DNA of 64,000 nucleotides from an uncultured Planctomycetia bacterium (GTDB taxonomy: Bacteria > Omnitrophota > Gorgyraeia > 2-02-FULL-51-18). The notes under the pieces are model-generated. The model did no database searches. It worked only from the letters and a program-made list of their open reading frames with translations, and was not told where the DNA came from. How positions within the stretch are numbered: position 1 is the stretch's first letter; every line of letters starts with the position of its first letter. Of the stretch, positions 9,120 through 18,246 are shown one piece after another. Made by a program: the position numbers and the translations under genes. The stretch covers positions 53,132 to 117,131 of the forward strand of contig CAYSKO010000003.1 of assembly GCA_964431835.1 (NCBI GenBank), written 5' to 3'.

Positions 9120-9629
9120 CTAGGCGCTCACGGCCTTCTCGACGTCGTCGAAAAGTTGCGGGGTCGCCGCGTGGTACTCGCCGAGGATCTTTCCGTCGGA
9201 CGCGACGAGGTAAGAAGTGGGAATGCCGACGACGTTGTATTTGGTCGCGACTTCCTTCTCCGAATCCAGAAGCAGTGGATAATTGAGGCCCGCTTTTTTC
9301 GCGAAGGTCTTCACGCGCTGTTCGGACTCCCCCACGTCCACGCCTAGGATAGTGAAACCGCGGCCGGAGAATTGCGATTGGAGCTTGATGAGGTCAGGGA
9401 TTTCCTCGCGGCAGGGAGGGCACCAGGTGGCCCAGAAGTTGATGAGGACCGCCTTGTGCGCGGCGAGTTCCTTTTCGAGGCTCACGCTATTGCCGTCGAC
9501 GTCCTTCAACGTGAAGAGCTTCTCGCCCTTCACCTCGTCTGCCTCGATCCGGGCCGCGGTGCCGCAGCCCATCGCGAAGAGCGCCGCCCCCAGACCCGCC
9601 ACCGTCATCGCACGTCGCACGAACGTCAT
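9120..9629 (-). CDS. TlpA/ResA-like thiol-disulfide oxidoreductase lipoprotein
   Basis: Start re-assigned to MTFVRR (ATGA overlap with upstream stop); lipobox-like AMGC, NFWATWCPPC, GIPTS. Confidence 0.88.
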   Translation of the reverse strand: MTFVRRAMTVAGLGAALFAMGCGTAARIEADEVKGEKLFTLKDVDGNSVSLEKELAAHKAVLINFWATWCPPCREEIPDLIKLQSQFSGRGFTILGVDVGESEQRVKTFAKKAGLNYPLLLDSEKEVATKYNVVGIPTSYLVASDGKILGEYHAATPQLFDDVEKAVSA

Positions 9630-9916
9630 ATCAGTAGCCCTCCGGTTGTGATGAAAAGATACTCCGCGGCCGCGAGGGCGAGCCAGCCCAGGGCTTTCTT
9701 GATCCAAAGCGAACGTGCCCCCGCATCGTTGGCCCTCGAGCGGGCAAACGGCGAACGGAACGCGCCCAGGAGGGCGAGCCCGAAAAGCAGGCACGCGTTG
9801 GCCGCGAAGAAATAGATGAAAGCGTTCGAACTGAACGTCAGAGGAGGCAGATTCAAAAAAACGGGCCCCGGGCTCTGGCGGATCAGCCGCTCGACGCTGC
9901 CGAGAAGCGATTCCAT
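9626..9916 (-). CDS. Small membrane protein resembling an internally deleted CcdA/DsbD
   Basis: 96 aa, hydrophobic; C-terminal WIKKALGWLALAAAEYLFI recalls CcdA C-termini; coupled to the TlpA gene; only one Cys. Confidence 0.45.
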   Translation of the reverse strand: MESLLGSVERLIRQSPGPVFLNLPPLTFSSNAFIYFFAANACLLFGLALLGAFRSPFARSRANDAGARSLWIKKALGWLALAAAEYLFITTGGLLI

Positions 9917-10014
9917 GACGACCCCCTTTTAAGAGGCCATTTTACCAGAACCGGGGCTTGAACCGGGCAAAATGCGTCCCGGGCGGAAACCGCGGCCTTT
10001 TTCGGCCGCGCAGC

Positions 10015-10122
10015 TCACGTGCAGCCGCGCAGCAGGAAGAGGACCAGGAGAACGGGGATCGGAACGCCGAGCATCCAAAGAACCGCCCAGCCCACTTTAC
10101 CCGATTGATCGGTGATCTTCAT
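10015..10122 (-). CDS. 35-aa membrane peptide (not in ORF track)
   Basis: MKITDQSGKVGWAVLWMLGVPIPVLLVLFLLRGCT; AAAGGAG RBS; last gene of the stress operon. Confidence 0.75.
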   Translation of the reverse strand: MKITDQSGKVGWAVLWMLGVPIPVLLVLFLLRGCT

Positions 10123-10167
10123 GACGTCTCCTTTCGTGGACAACGCCTTTCGTTTGACAGCCTTTAC

Positions 10168-10692
10168 TTACTTCGTGACGTGCACTTCTTTGGAAGTCGA
10201 GATGTCCTGCGCGCCCACTTCCTTGAAGATGTCCTTCACGCGGTCGGCTTCCTGGTTGTTCTCGGCGTGGACCGAGATGAGGAAGTTCCCCTCGCGGACG
10301 CGTCCTTCGTAACGTTTGGCTTCGTACTCGGGAATGCCCATGCCGATAAGCGCACCGGCCACTCCGCCGACCGCCGCGCCGAGCGCCGCTCCGGAGAGCG
10401 CCGCCATGATCGGGCCGGCCGCGACGAACGGGCCGATGCCCGGGATCGCGAGCGTTCCGATGCCGGCCAGCCAGCCGACGACGCCGCCCAGCACCCCGCC
10501 GGGAAGCGCGCCGCGCACCGTGCCTTCGGGCGCTTTCGTGTGTTTTTCATGAGCGAAATCCTTCGTGCCGGTCTTATCGGGAAAGAGCACGGAGATATCG
10601 TCGTTCGAGAACCCTTCGTTCTTGAGCTGGCTGACAACGTCTTCGGCTTGGATCTCGGTCGTTGCGATGCAGAATACGGCTTGTTTGGACAT
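10168..10692 (-). CDS. General stress membrane protein (YflT/glycine-zipper type)
   Basis: GF...DISVL, GIGTLAIPGIGPFVAAGPIMAAL, GALIGMGIPEYEAKRYE. Confidence 0.8.
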   Translation of the reverse strand: MSKQAVFCIATTEIQAEDVVSQLKNEGFSNDDISVLFPDKTGTKDFAHEKHTKAPEGTVRGALPGGVLGGVVGWLAGIGTLAIPGIGPFVAAGPIMAALSGAALGAAVGGVAGALIGMGIPEYEAKRYEGRVREGNFLISVHAENNQEADRVKDIFKEVGAQDISTSKEVHVTK

Positions 10693-10707
10693 GACTTTCT
10701 CCTGTTT

Positions 10708-11112
10708 TTAAGAGCGTTCGGTTTCGAGAAGGTCTTCGACTTGGCCGGGCGCCGCCGTTTCCGCGTGCCGGACGATGGCAGATCTTTCCGATTCGTTCAC
10801 ACGGCCCCGGAGCGTGACGCGGCCTCCGGCGGTGATGACCGCGGTATTTTTGGCGCCGAAAGAGATCGAGTCGTCCGCCATCAACGCCTTCCGGATCGTC
10901 TGGGTGATTCGGATATCGTCGGCGCTCTGCGACTGATCCTCAACCGTCGGCGCGTCGGGCATGTCGCCGGCGGGCGGCGCGACCGGTGAAGGCGTCGAAG
11001 AGACGGCAGCCGTTTCCGATGGGGGAGCGAGCGCGTCTTCCGCAAAAGCGGACGAGCAAATCGAAGCGGCCCCCACGAGAAGCGCGATACCGACAATCGA
11101 ACGAATGATCAT
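10708..11112 (-). CDS. BON (OsmY-like) domain secreted protein
   Basis: Start re-assigned to MIIRSIV (ATGA overlap); signal peptide; DIRITQTIRKAL...GRVTLRGRV. Confidence 0.82.
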   Translation of the reverse strand: MIIRSIVGIALLVGAASICSSAFAEDALAPPSETAAVSSTPSPVAPPAGDMPDAPTVEDQSQSADDIRITQTIRKALMADDSISFGAKNTAVITAGGRVTLRGRVNESERSAIVRHAETAAPGQVEDLLETERS

Positions 11113-13175
11113 TCCTTCCTCCCTTCCGTTACGGACGTTTGTGTGGCGGCCAAATCTTCCAGATCTTTGAGAGCCAAGTGGGAGCGAAGCACTTCGGCCA
11201 CGCTCCACGCCTGGGCGATGCAGGCACGTGGCGAGTACGGCGCGTCGCCGTCGAAAATTTCGCTGATACTGCCGACGCCTGCTTCCTTCAAATGCCCGTG
11301 AAAACTGTCCAGCATCTGGCGCGCTTTCACCCGGTCGCGATAGACGCGCATCCAGGCGTTCAGGAACGGTCCAATGAGCCACGCCCAAACCATGCCCTGG
11401 TGATAGGCGGCGTCTCGGGACCAGCGGTCGCCTTCGTAACGCGGGTGATATTCCTTGTTGCCCGGATCCAGCGTCCGGAGACCGTAGGGCGTCAAAAGCT
11501 TCTTCGCGACCGAATCGAGAACGGGCTTCCAGTACGAACGGTCGAGAACGGAATACCGGAGCGCCATGGTGAAGATCTGGTTCGGACGAAGCGCCGGGTC
11601 GTTCCCGCGTTCCCCGTCGATGAGATCGTAGAGATGCTGGCCCGGCTCGAACCAGAAACGCGCGTTAAACGAATCGAACACCTTCTTCGCGAGAGCCGTG
11701 TATTCGTCCGGCGACTCGCCGAACTCGCGCGACCAGGTCGCCATGAGTTTAAGTGCGTTGTACCACAGGGCCTGGATCTCCACGGGTTTGCCGCGGCGCG
11801 GGGTGACGACCCATTCGTCGACTTTCGCGTCCATCCACGTGAGCGCGAGACCTTCGGCCCCACCGCGCACTAGGCCGTCCCGGGGATCGACGTAAATGCC
11901 GAAATGAGTTCCACGCTGATGGTGCTCGATAACCGTCTTCAGGACCGGATAGAGCCCCTTCACCGTCTCCTTGTCGCCCGTCACCTGGTAATAACGGTCG
12001 ATCGCGTGGAAGAACCAGAAGGTCGCATCCATCGTGTTGTAGATCCCGGTGCGCTGGCCCTCCGGGAAATGATTCGGCAAAAGCCCGTCCTTCACGTAAT
12101 GCGCGAACGTCTGAAGAATGGCCTTCGCCTCGTAGTGGCGGCCCGTGCAGAGAGTAAGGCCTTCGAGGGAGATCATCGTGTCGCGGCCCCAGTCGGTGAA
12201 CCAGTGATAGCCGGCGATCACCGTGCGCAGACGCTCCCCCGACGCCCGGTAAAGGACGTTCTCGTCCGAGCGGGTCCAGGGGAGGACCACGAACTGGTCC
12301 GCGGCGATCGTAAGACGCGCCGCGAACGCGTCGGTCGACGCCCGCGGAGAAAGGGACAGTAGTTTTTCGAGACGTTTCCTTTCGGCTTCGAGAATTTTTT
12401 CGCAGTCGCACTCGAGCGCTTCCCACGGCTCGGTGCTCGCGACGAAGGAGACGTTCTCGCTCGGTTTCAGCTCGAATTCGAAGGCGCCGGGGCTGTAGAG
12501 ATTCGTCACCGAATCGTGGCCCCGGTCTTTTTCTACGCGGTAAAGCACGCCCGAAGAAATACGTTCGTCGATAGTGAACGCGCCGTTTTTCGGCTGCAAG
12601 CGCAAGCGGAGAGTCGGCGCGCCTTCGAAGGCGTGGATCTCGTAGCGGCCGCGAGTGACGTTCATCGAGAAAGGCCACTGCGGCGCGTAACCGAGCTGGC
12701 CGTCGTGCATGCGGCACGAAAGATAGGGACGCAGACGCGTGCGGATCGTCTTTCCGGAGACGAGCCGGTAGTTCACGTAGACGGTGTTCTGCCCGTACGG
12801 CATCACGATGCGTTTCTCGATCACGCGGCCCGCGACCGAGAACGTCCAGACGGGCGTTTGCCAATCGAGACGGAATTCGCTTAAGAAACGATGAGCGTCT
12901 CCCGAAATACGTCCGTCCGCGTGCTCGGCACCGGTCAGATCGAGCCAGCTTCCGTCCGCTTCTACGGAGTCGTCTAGGCGCGGAATCATCACGGTGCGGC
13001 CGCGCGGCGCGGGCAGATTCGGAATGAAAATGCCGTGGTAACGGCGCGTGCCCACGCCCCGGAGCGAAGCTGACGCGTACCCTCCGAGGCCATTCGTCAC
13101 GAGCCACTCTTTCGTGAGGAGCTCCGCGCCGTCGTTTTCGAAAGGACCGCTGTAGACGATCGGCTCGACCATCAA
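11109..13175 (-). CDS. Amylo-alpha-1,6-glucosidase / glycogen debranching enzyme
   Basis: EWLVTNGLGGYAS, IAGYHWFTDWGRDTMI, TWMDAK, YHQG, QAWSVAE. Confidence 0.92.
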   Translation of the reverse strand: MMVEPIVYSGPFENDGAELLTKEWLVTNGLGGYASASLRGVGTRRYHGIFIPNLPAPRGRTVMIPRLDDSVEADGSWLDLTGAEHADGRISGDAHRFLSEFRLDWQTPVWTFSVAGRVIEKRIVMPYGQNTVYVNYRLVSGKTIRTRLRPYLSCRMHDGQLGYAPQWPFSMNVTRGRYEIHAFEGAPTLRLRLQPKNGAFTIDERISSGVLYRVEKDRGHDSVTNLYSPGAFEFELKPSENVSFVASTEPWEALECDCEKILEAERKRLEKLLSLSPRASTDAFAARLTIAADQFVVLPWTRSDENVLYRASGERLRTVIAGYHWFTDWGRDTMISLEGLTLCTGRHYEAKAILQTFAHYVKDGLLPNHFPEGQRTGIYNTMDATFWFFHAIDRYYQVTGDKETVKGLYPVLKTVIEHHQRGTHFGIYVDPRDGLVRGGAEGLALTWMDAKVDEWVVTPRRGKPVEIQALWYNALKLMATWSREFGESPDEYTALAKKVFDSFNARFWFEPGQHLYDLIDGERGNDPALRPNQIFTMALRYSVLDRSYWKPVLDSVAKKLLTPYGLRTLDPGNKEYHPRYEGDRWSRDAAYHQGMVWAWLIGPFLNAWMRVYRDRVKARQMLDSFHGHLKEAGVGSISEIFDGDAPYSPRACIAQAWSVAEVLRSHLALKDLEDLAATQTSVTEGRKE

Positions 13176-15055
13176 GAATCCTCCGATTCAGAACTGAAAA
13201 AGACGGCCGATGTGGCCGAAAGCTTCCAGCCCGCCGCGCCGCAGGGATTGACACTGCCCTGCCCTCCGAAACGCACCTCGTCGCTCGAAAACTTCATGCG
13301 CCACCGCATGCCCGCCGGCGGAGCCAGGAGCGGCTCGGAAGCGGGGGTCAGGTCGAAATCCCCGCCGAGATTCACGATGAGAAGCCGGTCCCCCTTTTCC
13401 TCACCTGCCCAGCGGAGAAGGAGACTTTGAGGACCCAGCACGGCGCCGTCGATCGCCAAACGGTCCTGCGCGGCGATGACCGCATCGTCACGGCGCAAGG
13501 CGAGAAGTTCGCGCTGATAGGCGTAAAGGCCCGCGTTGGAAAGGCGTTCGGAGAAATCGAGTCGGCACTTTTCGAACGTCGCGTCGACGTCGGGCGCATC
13601 GAGCGATCCCAGCGCTTCTGCGCCTGCGCAACTGGCAAATTGTTTCAGGAAGTCGCGCCGGCCGGCGCGAACCTTCGACGCCAGTTCCGCGTTGTGATCG
13701 GCGAAGAAAACGAACGGCGCCGACGCGCCGAACTCCTGACCCATGAAAAAAAGAGGGGTCCCGGGCCCAAGCAGAACGATAGCTGCCATCGCCCGGTAGC
13801 GCGCGAAACCCGACAGCGCGTACAGCCGTTCGCCGAACAGGCTGTTGGCGATCTGGTCGTGGTTGAGAAGATACGTGACGAACGCCTCGCCCTTTGCGAA
13901 AGGGACCGACGTTCCGCGGTTTTGTTTCTGCCAGGCGTAATACTGCCCCTGATACAGGAATCCGCGTTTGACCGCGGAGATGATTTCCTGCGGGGTGCCG
14001 GTATAATCCGTGTAATACGCTTCGCGTTTGCCTGTCAGCGCGACGCGGGCCGAATGGTGGAAGTCGTCGTTCCAGACGCCGTCCAATCCGAACCCTCCGT
14101 CCTCGACAGGCAGGATGCACCGCGCGTCGTTGGGCTCGTTCTCGGCCACGATCAAGATCGTGCGGGCCGCGGCCGATTCGCGCGCGAGCCCCGCGAGCTC
14201 CACGATGACGTGAACCGGACCATCGTCGTAGATATTCTGCGTCGCGTCGAGCCGCAAGCCGTCTAAATGATACTCGGCGATCCAATAGGCGGCGTTTCGC
14301 ACGAAAAATTCGCGGACCGGTGTCGAATTCGGGCCGTCGTAATTGATCGCATCGCCCCAGTCGGTCGTGTGACGCTTCGAAAAATAATCGTCCGAATACT
14401 GTCCGAGATAATTGCCGTCGGGGCCGATGTGGTTGTAGACGACGTCGTGGATGACACCCAAGCCTTTGGCGTGCGCGGCGTCGACGAGGCGCTTCAAACC
14501 CTCCGGTCCGCCGTAGACATGTGCCGGTGCGTAGAGCCCCACTCCGTCGTATCCCCAGTTCCAGCGGCCGGGGAATTCCGTGAGCGGCATGAGCTCGATC
14601 GACGTGACGCCGAACGCCTTCAGCTCGTCGAGCTCGCCGATGACGGCATCGAACGTGCCTTCGTGCGTGAACGATCCGACATGGAGTTCGTAAAAAACCT
14701 GGCCTTTCATTCGGAGCCCGCGCCACCCGGCGTCGGTCCATCTGAAAACGTCCGGATCGACTACTGCCGAAGGACCGTGCGGGCCGTCCGGTTGCCAGCG
14801 GGAGCACGGATCGGGAAACGCGTCGCCTCCGTCCAACCGATAACGGTAGCGCGATCCGGCGCGCGCTTCGGGAACCGTTCCGGAAAAATAACCGCCGTCT
14901 TCGGGGGCGAGCGGATAGGCACGCTTCGTATCTTCGAGAACGACCTCGATGGACCGCCGCTTCGGCGCCCAGATCCTGAAAAAGACGCCGTCGGGACGCG
15001 CTTCCGCCCCGAGACCCATCTTCCAGCCCGTTCGTCCGCTGACCGCCGAAGTCAT
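13172..15055 (-). CDS. treZ: Malto-oligosyltrehalose trehalohydrolase (GH13)
   Basis: PDPCSRWQPDGPHGPS, WGYDGV, DVVYNH, GLRLDA, NHDQIAN, FMGQE. Confidence 0.9.
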   Translation of the reverse strand: MTSAVSGRTGWKMGLGAEARPDGVFFRIWAPKRRSIEVVLEDTKRAYPLAPEDGGYFSGTVPEARAGSRYRYRLDGGDAFPDPCSRWQPDGPHGPSAVVDPDVFRWTDAGWRGLRMKGQVFYELHVGSFTHEGTFDAVIGELDELKAFGVTSIELMPLTEFPGRWNWGYDGVGLYAPAHVYGGPEGLKRLVDAAHAKGLGVIHDVVYNHIGPDGNYLGQYSDDYFSKRHTTDWGDAINYDGPNSTPVREFFVRNAAYWIAEYHLDGLRLDATQNIYDDGPVHVIVELAGLARESAAARTILIVAENEPNDARCILPVEDGGFGLDGVWNDDFHHSARVALTGKREAYYTDYTGTPQEIISAVKRGFLYQGQYYAWQKQNRGTSVPFAKGEAFVTYLLNHDQIANSLFGERLYALSGFARYRAMAAIVLLGPGTPLFFMGQEFGASAPFVFFADHNAELASKVRAGRRDFLKQFASCAGAEALGSLDAPDVDATFEKCRLDFSERLSNAGLYAYQRELLALRRDDAVIAAQDRLAIDGAVLGPQSLLLRWAGEEKGDRLLIVNLGGDFDLTPASEPLLAPPAGMRWRMKFSSDEVRFGGQGSVNPCGAAGWKLSATSAVFFSSESEDS

Positions 15056-15062
15056 GCGCTCT

Positions 15063-15218
15063 TCACCTCTCGCCTTCGGCGCTTCCGGGCGTGCGGCCGG
15101 CTTCCTCGAATCGGCCGCGGTCGGCGCCAGCTTCCTTGCCTTCGGCGCTTCCGGGCGTGCGGCCAGGCTCTTCGAATCTTTCGGTGCGTTTGGACGGCTT
15201 TTTGTTTTTCTTTTTCAT
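15063..15218 (-). CDS. 51-aa hydrophilic protein with a duplicated RFEExGRTPGSAEG unit
   Basis: Start re-assigned to MKKKNKK (GAGGAG RBS); 27-nt exact direct repeat at 15072-15098 and 15138-15164. Confidence 0.65.
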   Translation of the reverse strand: MKKKNKKPSKRTERFEEPGRTPGSAEGKEAGADRGRFEEAGRTPGSAEGER

Positions 15219-15307
15219 GGGAATCTCCTCGAATTTTAAGAATATAGAAAGTAAATCAGGAAGGACACCGAGGCCACTCTGCGTGGCTCCGCTTGGGTAG
15301 AACGGAT

Positions 15308-15832
15308 TTAGTCGGGGGCGCCGTCGGTGGCGGAACCGGGGGCGCTTTCGGCCATGAGGCCGGTTTCGCGGATCGTCCGATTCTGGATTTCGAGCGTGTG
15401 CATGCGGTCGTGCGCTGCTTTGATGAACTCGTGCTGACGCTCCACGACGTCCCTCACTTCGATGGGAAGATCCCCCTTCAAAGCTTCCGCGTACGTCCTC
15501 ACTGCCGCGTCCTCGCCGCGTTCGCATTCCTCGACCACAGCTCCTTCGTCGTGTCCCTGAGCGGCGGTACGCAGCTTGAACCATCCGCGGTGGGCCGCGC
15601 CGGCGGCGGTCCCCGCTCCGCCCGTTTTGCCGCCCAGGCGTTCGATCTCGCGGTCCAGTTCGTCGGCGAATTGGGCACGCTGTTCTGCGTAAGTCGAAAA
15701 AAGCTTATGGAGCGAATCGTGTCTGCTTTTCTCGGCGGCCATGCGGTAGCCCAGCTCGCCGTCACGGCAGATGGAAAAGAGGTCTTTCAAAACGACGAGC
15801 AGATTTTTGGAATCACCGGCGGGGTCGACCAT
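15308..15832 (-). CDS. PA2169/DUF2383 family four-helix-bundle protein
   Basis: L..L...C.DG..GY..AAE, AAHRGW, EECERGED.A...Y..AL. Confidence 0.88.
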   Translation of the reverse strand: MVDPAGDSKNLLVVLKDLFSICRDGELGYRMAAEKSRHDSLHKLFSTYAEQRAQFADELDREIERLGGKTGGAGTAAGAAHRGWFKLRTAAQGHDEGAVVEECERGEDAAVRTYAEALKGDLPIEVRDVVERQHEFIKAAHDRMHTLEIQNRTIRETGLMAESAPGSATDGAPD

Positions 15833-15865
15833 GGCGCCTCCTTGGAAGTCTTGTGCGTACAGATA

Positions 15866-15920
15866 GTTATACGCCTAGAGCGATTAAAATATGGTTAAAA
15901 TGAAATTAGAACTTTTTAAT
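15866..15920 (-). promoter_or_regulatory. Shared stress promoter, copy A
   Basis: Plus-strand TTATA at 15867, then TTA at 15884, 15895, 15906, 15916. Confidence 0.75.
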
Positions 15921-16894
15921 CAAGCGTTCGTGAGGAAAAATAAGCCGAAATACTCGTTTTCGTCGGTCCACACTTCCTCGAGCTCAAGATCCGCGGCCAG
16001 CGCCAGACGCCGGAATCCGTCCACGTCGTATTTGTGACAGCGTTCCGTCAATATCGATTCCCCTTGTCCGAACCGGAACGTCTCCCCGTCGATCGTCGCG
16101 ATCTGCTCGCACGCACTCACCAGCCGCATCTCCACACGGCCTTCGCCCTCCGCGTAGACGGCCTCGTGCCGGAAATTATCCACGCGAATATCGCCGCCCA
16201 GCTCCCGGTTGATGCGAACGAGCAAATTCAGATTGAATGCGGACGTCAGCCCCTCTCGGTCGTCGTAAGCGCGCTCTAGAATCTCCCGCGGTTTCTTTAA
16301 GTCCACTCCGATGAGCAGGCCACCATTTGGATGGCAAAGCCTCGATATTTTCTCGAGAAGCTCGCGGGCTTGGGACGGTTCGAAGTTGCCGATCGTGGAA
16401 CCGGGGAAATAAACGATTTTGCGCGTCACGTAGCCGCCACACGGCGGTAGCGCGTAGAAATCGACAAAGTCGGCGAACACCGGGCAGACGTCGAGTCCCG
16501 GATAGGCGGTCGCAAAGCGCCGGGCCGTCTCGACCAGCGCGCCGCGGGCGATGTCGATCGGGACATAGCCGGCGGGAGACTGCATGCGGTCGAGAAGAAG
16601 CCGGGTCTTTCTCCCGGAACCGCTGCCGTATTCCACGAGCAGGCAGTCGGTCCCCATTCGCCCAACGATGTCGTCGATGTTCTCGCGCATGATCTTCGTC
16701 TCCACGCGACCGACGTAATAATCGGGGGTGTCGACGATGCGCTCGAAGAGCCACGACCCGCGTTCGTCGTAGAAATACTTGCACGGCAACTCTTTCTTCG
16801 GAAGGCGCAGACCGGCTAGAACTTCCTCCTTGAACGTCGTCTCCGGAGGAGAGAAATCGTATAACCGGGGCCCTTCGGTCTCCACGCGCATCAT
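15920..16894 (-). CDS. egtD: L-histidine N-alpha-methyltransferase
   Basis: KELPCKYFYDERGS, EYGSGS, FPGSTIGN, AYDD..G.T.AFNLN. Confidence 0.93.
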   Translation of the reverse strand: MMRVETEGPRLYDFSPPETTFKEEVLAGLRLPKKELPCKYFYDERGSWLFERIVDTPDYYVGRVETKIMRENIDDIVGRMGTDCLLVEYGSGSGRKTRLLLDRMQSPAGYVPIDIARGALVETARRFATAYPGLDVCPVFADFVDFYALPPCGGYVTRKIVYFPGSTIGNFEPSQARELLEKISRLCHPNGGLLIGVDLKKPREILERAYDDREGLTSAFNLNLLVRINRELGGDIRVDNFRHEAVYAEGEGRVEMRLVSACEQIATIDGETFRFGQGESILTERCHKYDVDGFRRLALAADLELEEVWTDENEYFGLFFLTNA

Positions 16895-18165
16895 GAGCGG
16901 GCGTCCCGGGCGAGCCGGATGCCGGAAAACTGCCAGCGGTCCGACGGGCGGAAAAAATTACGGTACGAGACACGGATGTGGGAGCGCGGCGTCGCGCACG
17001 AGCCTCCGCGGAGAACCATGCGGTTCGACATGAATTTGCCGTTGTACTCCCCGAGCGCTCCGTCGGCTGGACGGAACCCCGGATAGGGAGCGTACGCGCT
17101 CGAGGTCCATTCCCAGACATCGCCGAAAAGCTGGGCGATCCCGCGGCCCCCGGGGGCGCGACGCGGACGGAGCCGCCCGGTTTCGAGAAAATTTCCTACG
17201 ATGCGTTCGGGACCCGCGGCGTATTCCCACTCAAATTCGGTCGGCAGGCGTGCGCCGCTCCACCGCGCGTAGGCGTCGGCTTCGTAAAAACTCACGTGGC
17301 AAACCGGCTCTTCGGGATCTACCGGACGCATCCCCTCCAAAGTGAAATGCCGCCAATCGCGCCCGTGACGCTCCCAGTACAGCGGGGCTTCCCATGTGTG
17401 GGTGCGCACTTCATCCCATCCGTCGGAAAGCCAGAGCTCCGGCCTGCGGTACCCGCCATCTTCGATGAACGCGGCGAATTCGCCGCACGTGGTCGGGCGC
17501 TCGGCCAAAAGAAATTCTTCGCAGCGGACACGGTGCCGCGGGGTCTCGTTATCGTAGGAAAAACCGCTCCCCGAGTGCCCCGCCTCCGTCTCCGCGGCGG
17601 GATACGCGCGCCAGCGCGCAGGCGTCCCGGCGGCCAGCTCCGCTTCTTCTTCGTCCGGCAAACGGTAGGCCGGCCGAAGCGGGTTCGACCCGAAGAGATG
17701 TTTCACGTCCGTCAGAAGGAGTTCCTGGTGCTGTTCCTCGTGATGGAGGCCCGTTTCGACGAGCCGTTCGAGCTCGGAGTCCGCGCCCGTGCCGATGAGC
17801 GCTTCCATTCGCGCGTCGACTGCGGCGCGGTAGCGCATCACTTCCGCGAGCGGCGGACGCGAAAGCAAACCGCGTTCTGCGCGCGGCTGACGTGGGCCGA
17901 GCGTTTCGTAGTACGAATTGAACAGATAGGCGTATTTGGGGTGGAACGGGCGGTGGCCTGAAACGAAAGGAGCGAGAACGAGAGTCTCAAAAAACCACGC
18001 CGTGTGTCCCAGATGCCATTTGACGGGACTCGCGTCGGGCATGGACTGGAGCGCGCAATCCTCGGCGCTCAGCGCCGAGGCGAGGGCCTCCGTGCGGGAG
18101 CGGACCTCCTTATAACGCGACACCAGGAGAAAATCGCAGGTGCGGGCATGCACGGTCGCGGCCAT
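16891..18165 (-). CDS. egtB: Ergothioneine biosynthesis sulfoxide synthase
   Basis: QSMPDASPVKWHLGHT, HHEEQHQEL, FGE-sulfatase domain, EYNGKFM. Confidence 0.93.
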   Translation of the reverse strand: MAATVHARTCDFLLVSRYKEVRSRTEALASALSAEDCALQSMPDASPVKWHLGHTAWFFETLVLAPFVSGHRPFHPKYAYLFNSYYETLGPRQPRAERGLLSRPPLAEVMRYRAAVDARMEALIGTGADSELERLVETGLHHEEQHQELLLTDVKHLFGSNPLRPAYRLPDEEEAELAAGTPARWRAYPAAETEAGHSGSGFSYDNETPRHRVRCEEFLLAERPTTCGEFAAFIEDGGYRRPELWLSDGWDEVRTHTWEAPLYWERHGRDWRHFTLEGMRPVDPEEPVCHVSFYEADAYARWSGARLPTEFEWEYAAGPERIVGNFLETGRLRPRRAPGGRGIAQLFGDVWEWTSSAYAPYPGFRPADGALGEYNGKFMSNRMVLRGGSCATPRSHIRVSYRNFFRPSDRWQFSGIRLARDARS

Positions 18166-18191
18166 AGGGACCCCCAGATTGATATCCTTCT

Positions 18192-18246
18192 CTTATACGC
18201 GCCTGGCGATTAAAAGGGGGTTAGATTTGGATTAAAAGTTTTTAAT
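18192..18246 (-). promoter_or_regulatory. Shared stress promoter, copy B
   Basis: TTATA at 18193; TTA at 18210, 18221, 18232, 18242. Confidence 0.75.

Noticed and set aside
15920-18165. egtB as selenoneine (SenA) or ovothiol (OvoA) synthase
   Set aside because: It is paired with egtD, has no senB/senC neighbour and no fused methyltransferase, so it is ordinary ergothioneine synthesis.
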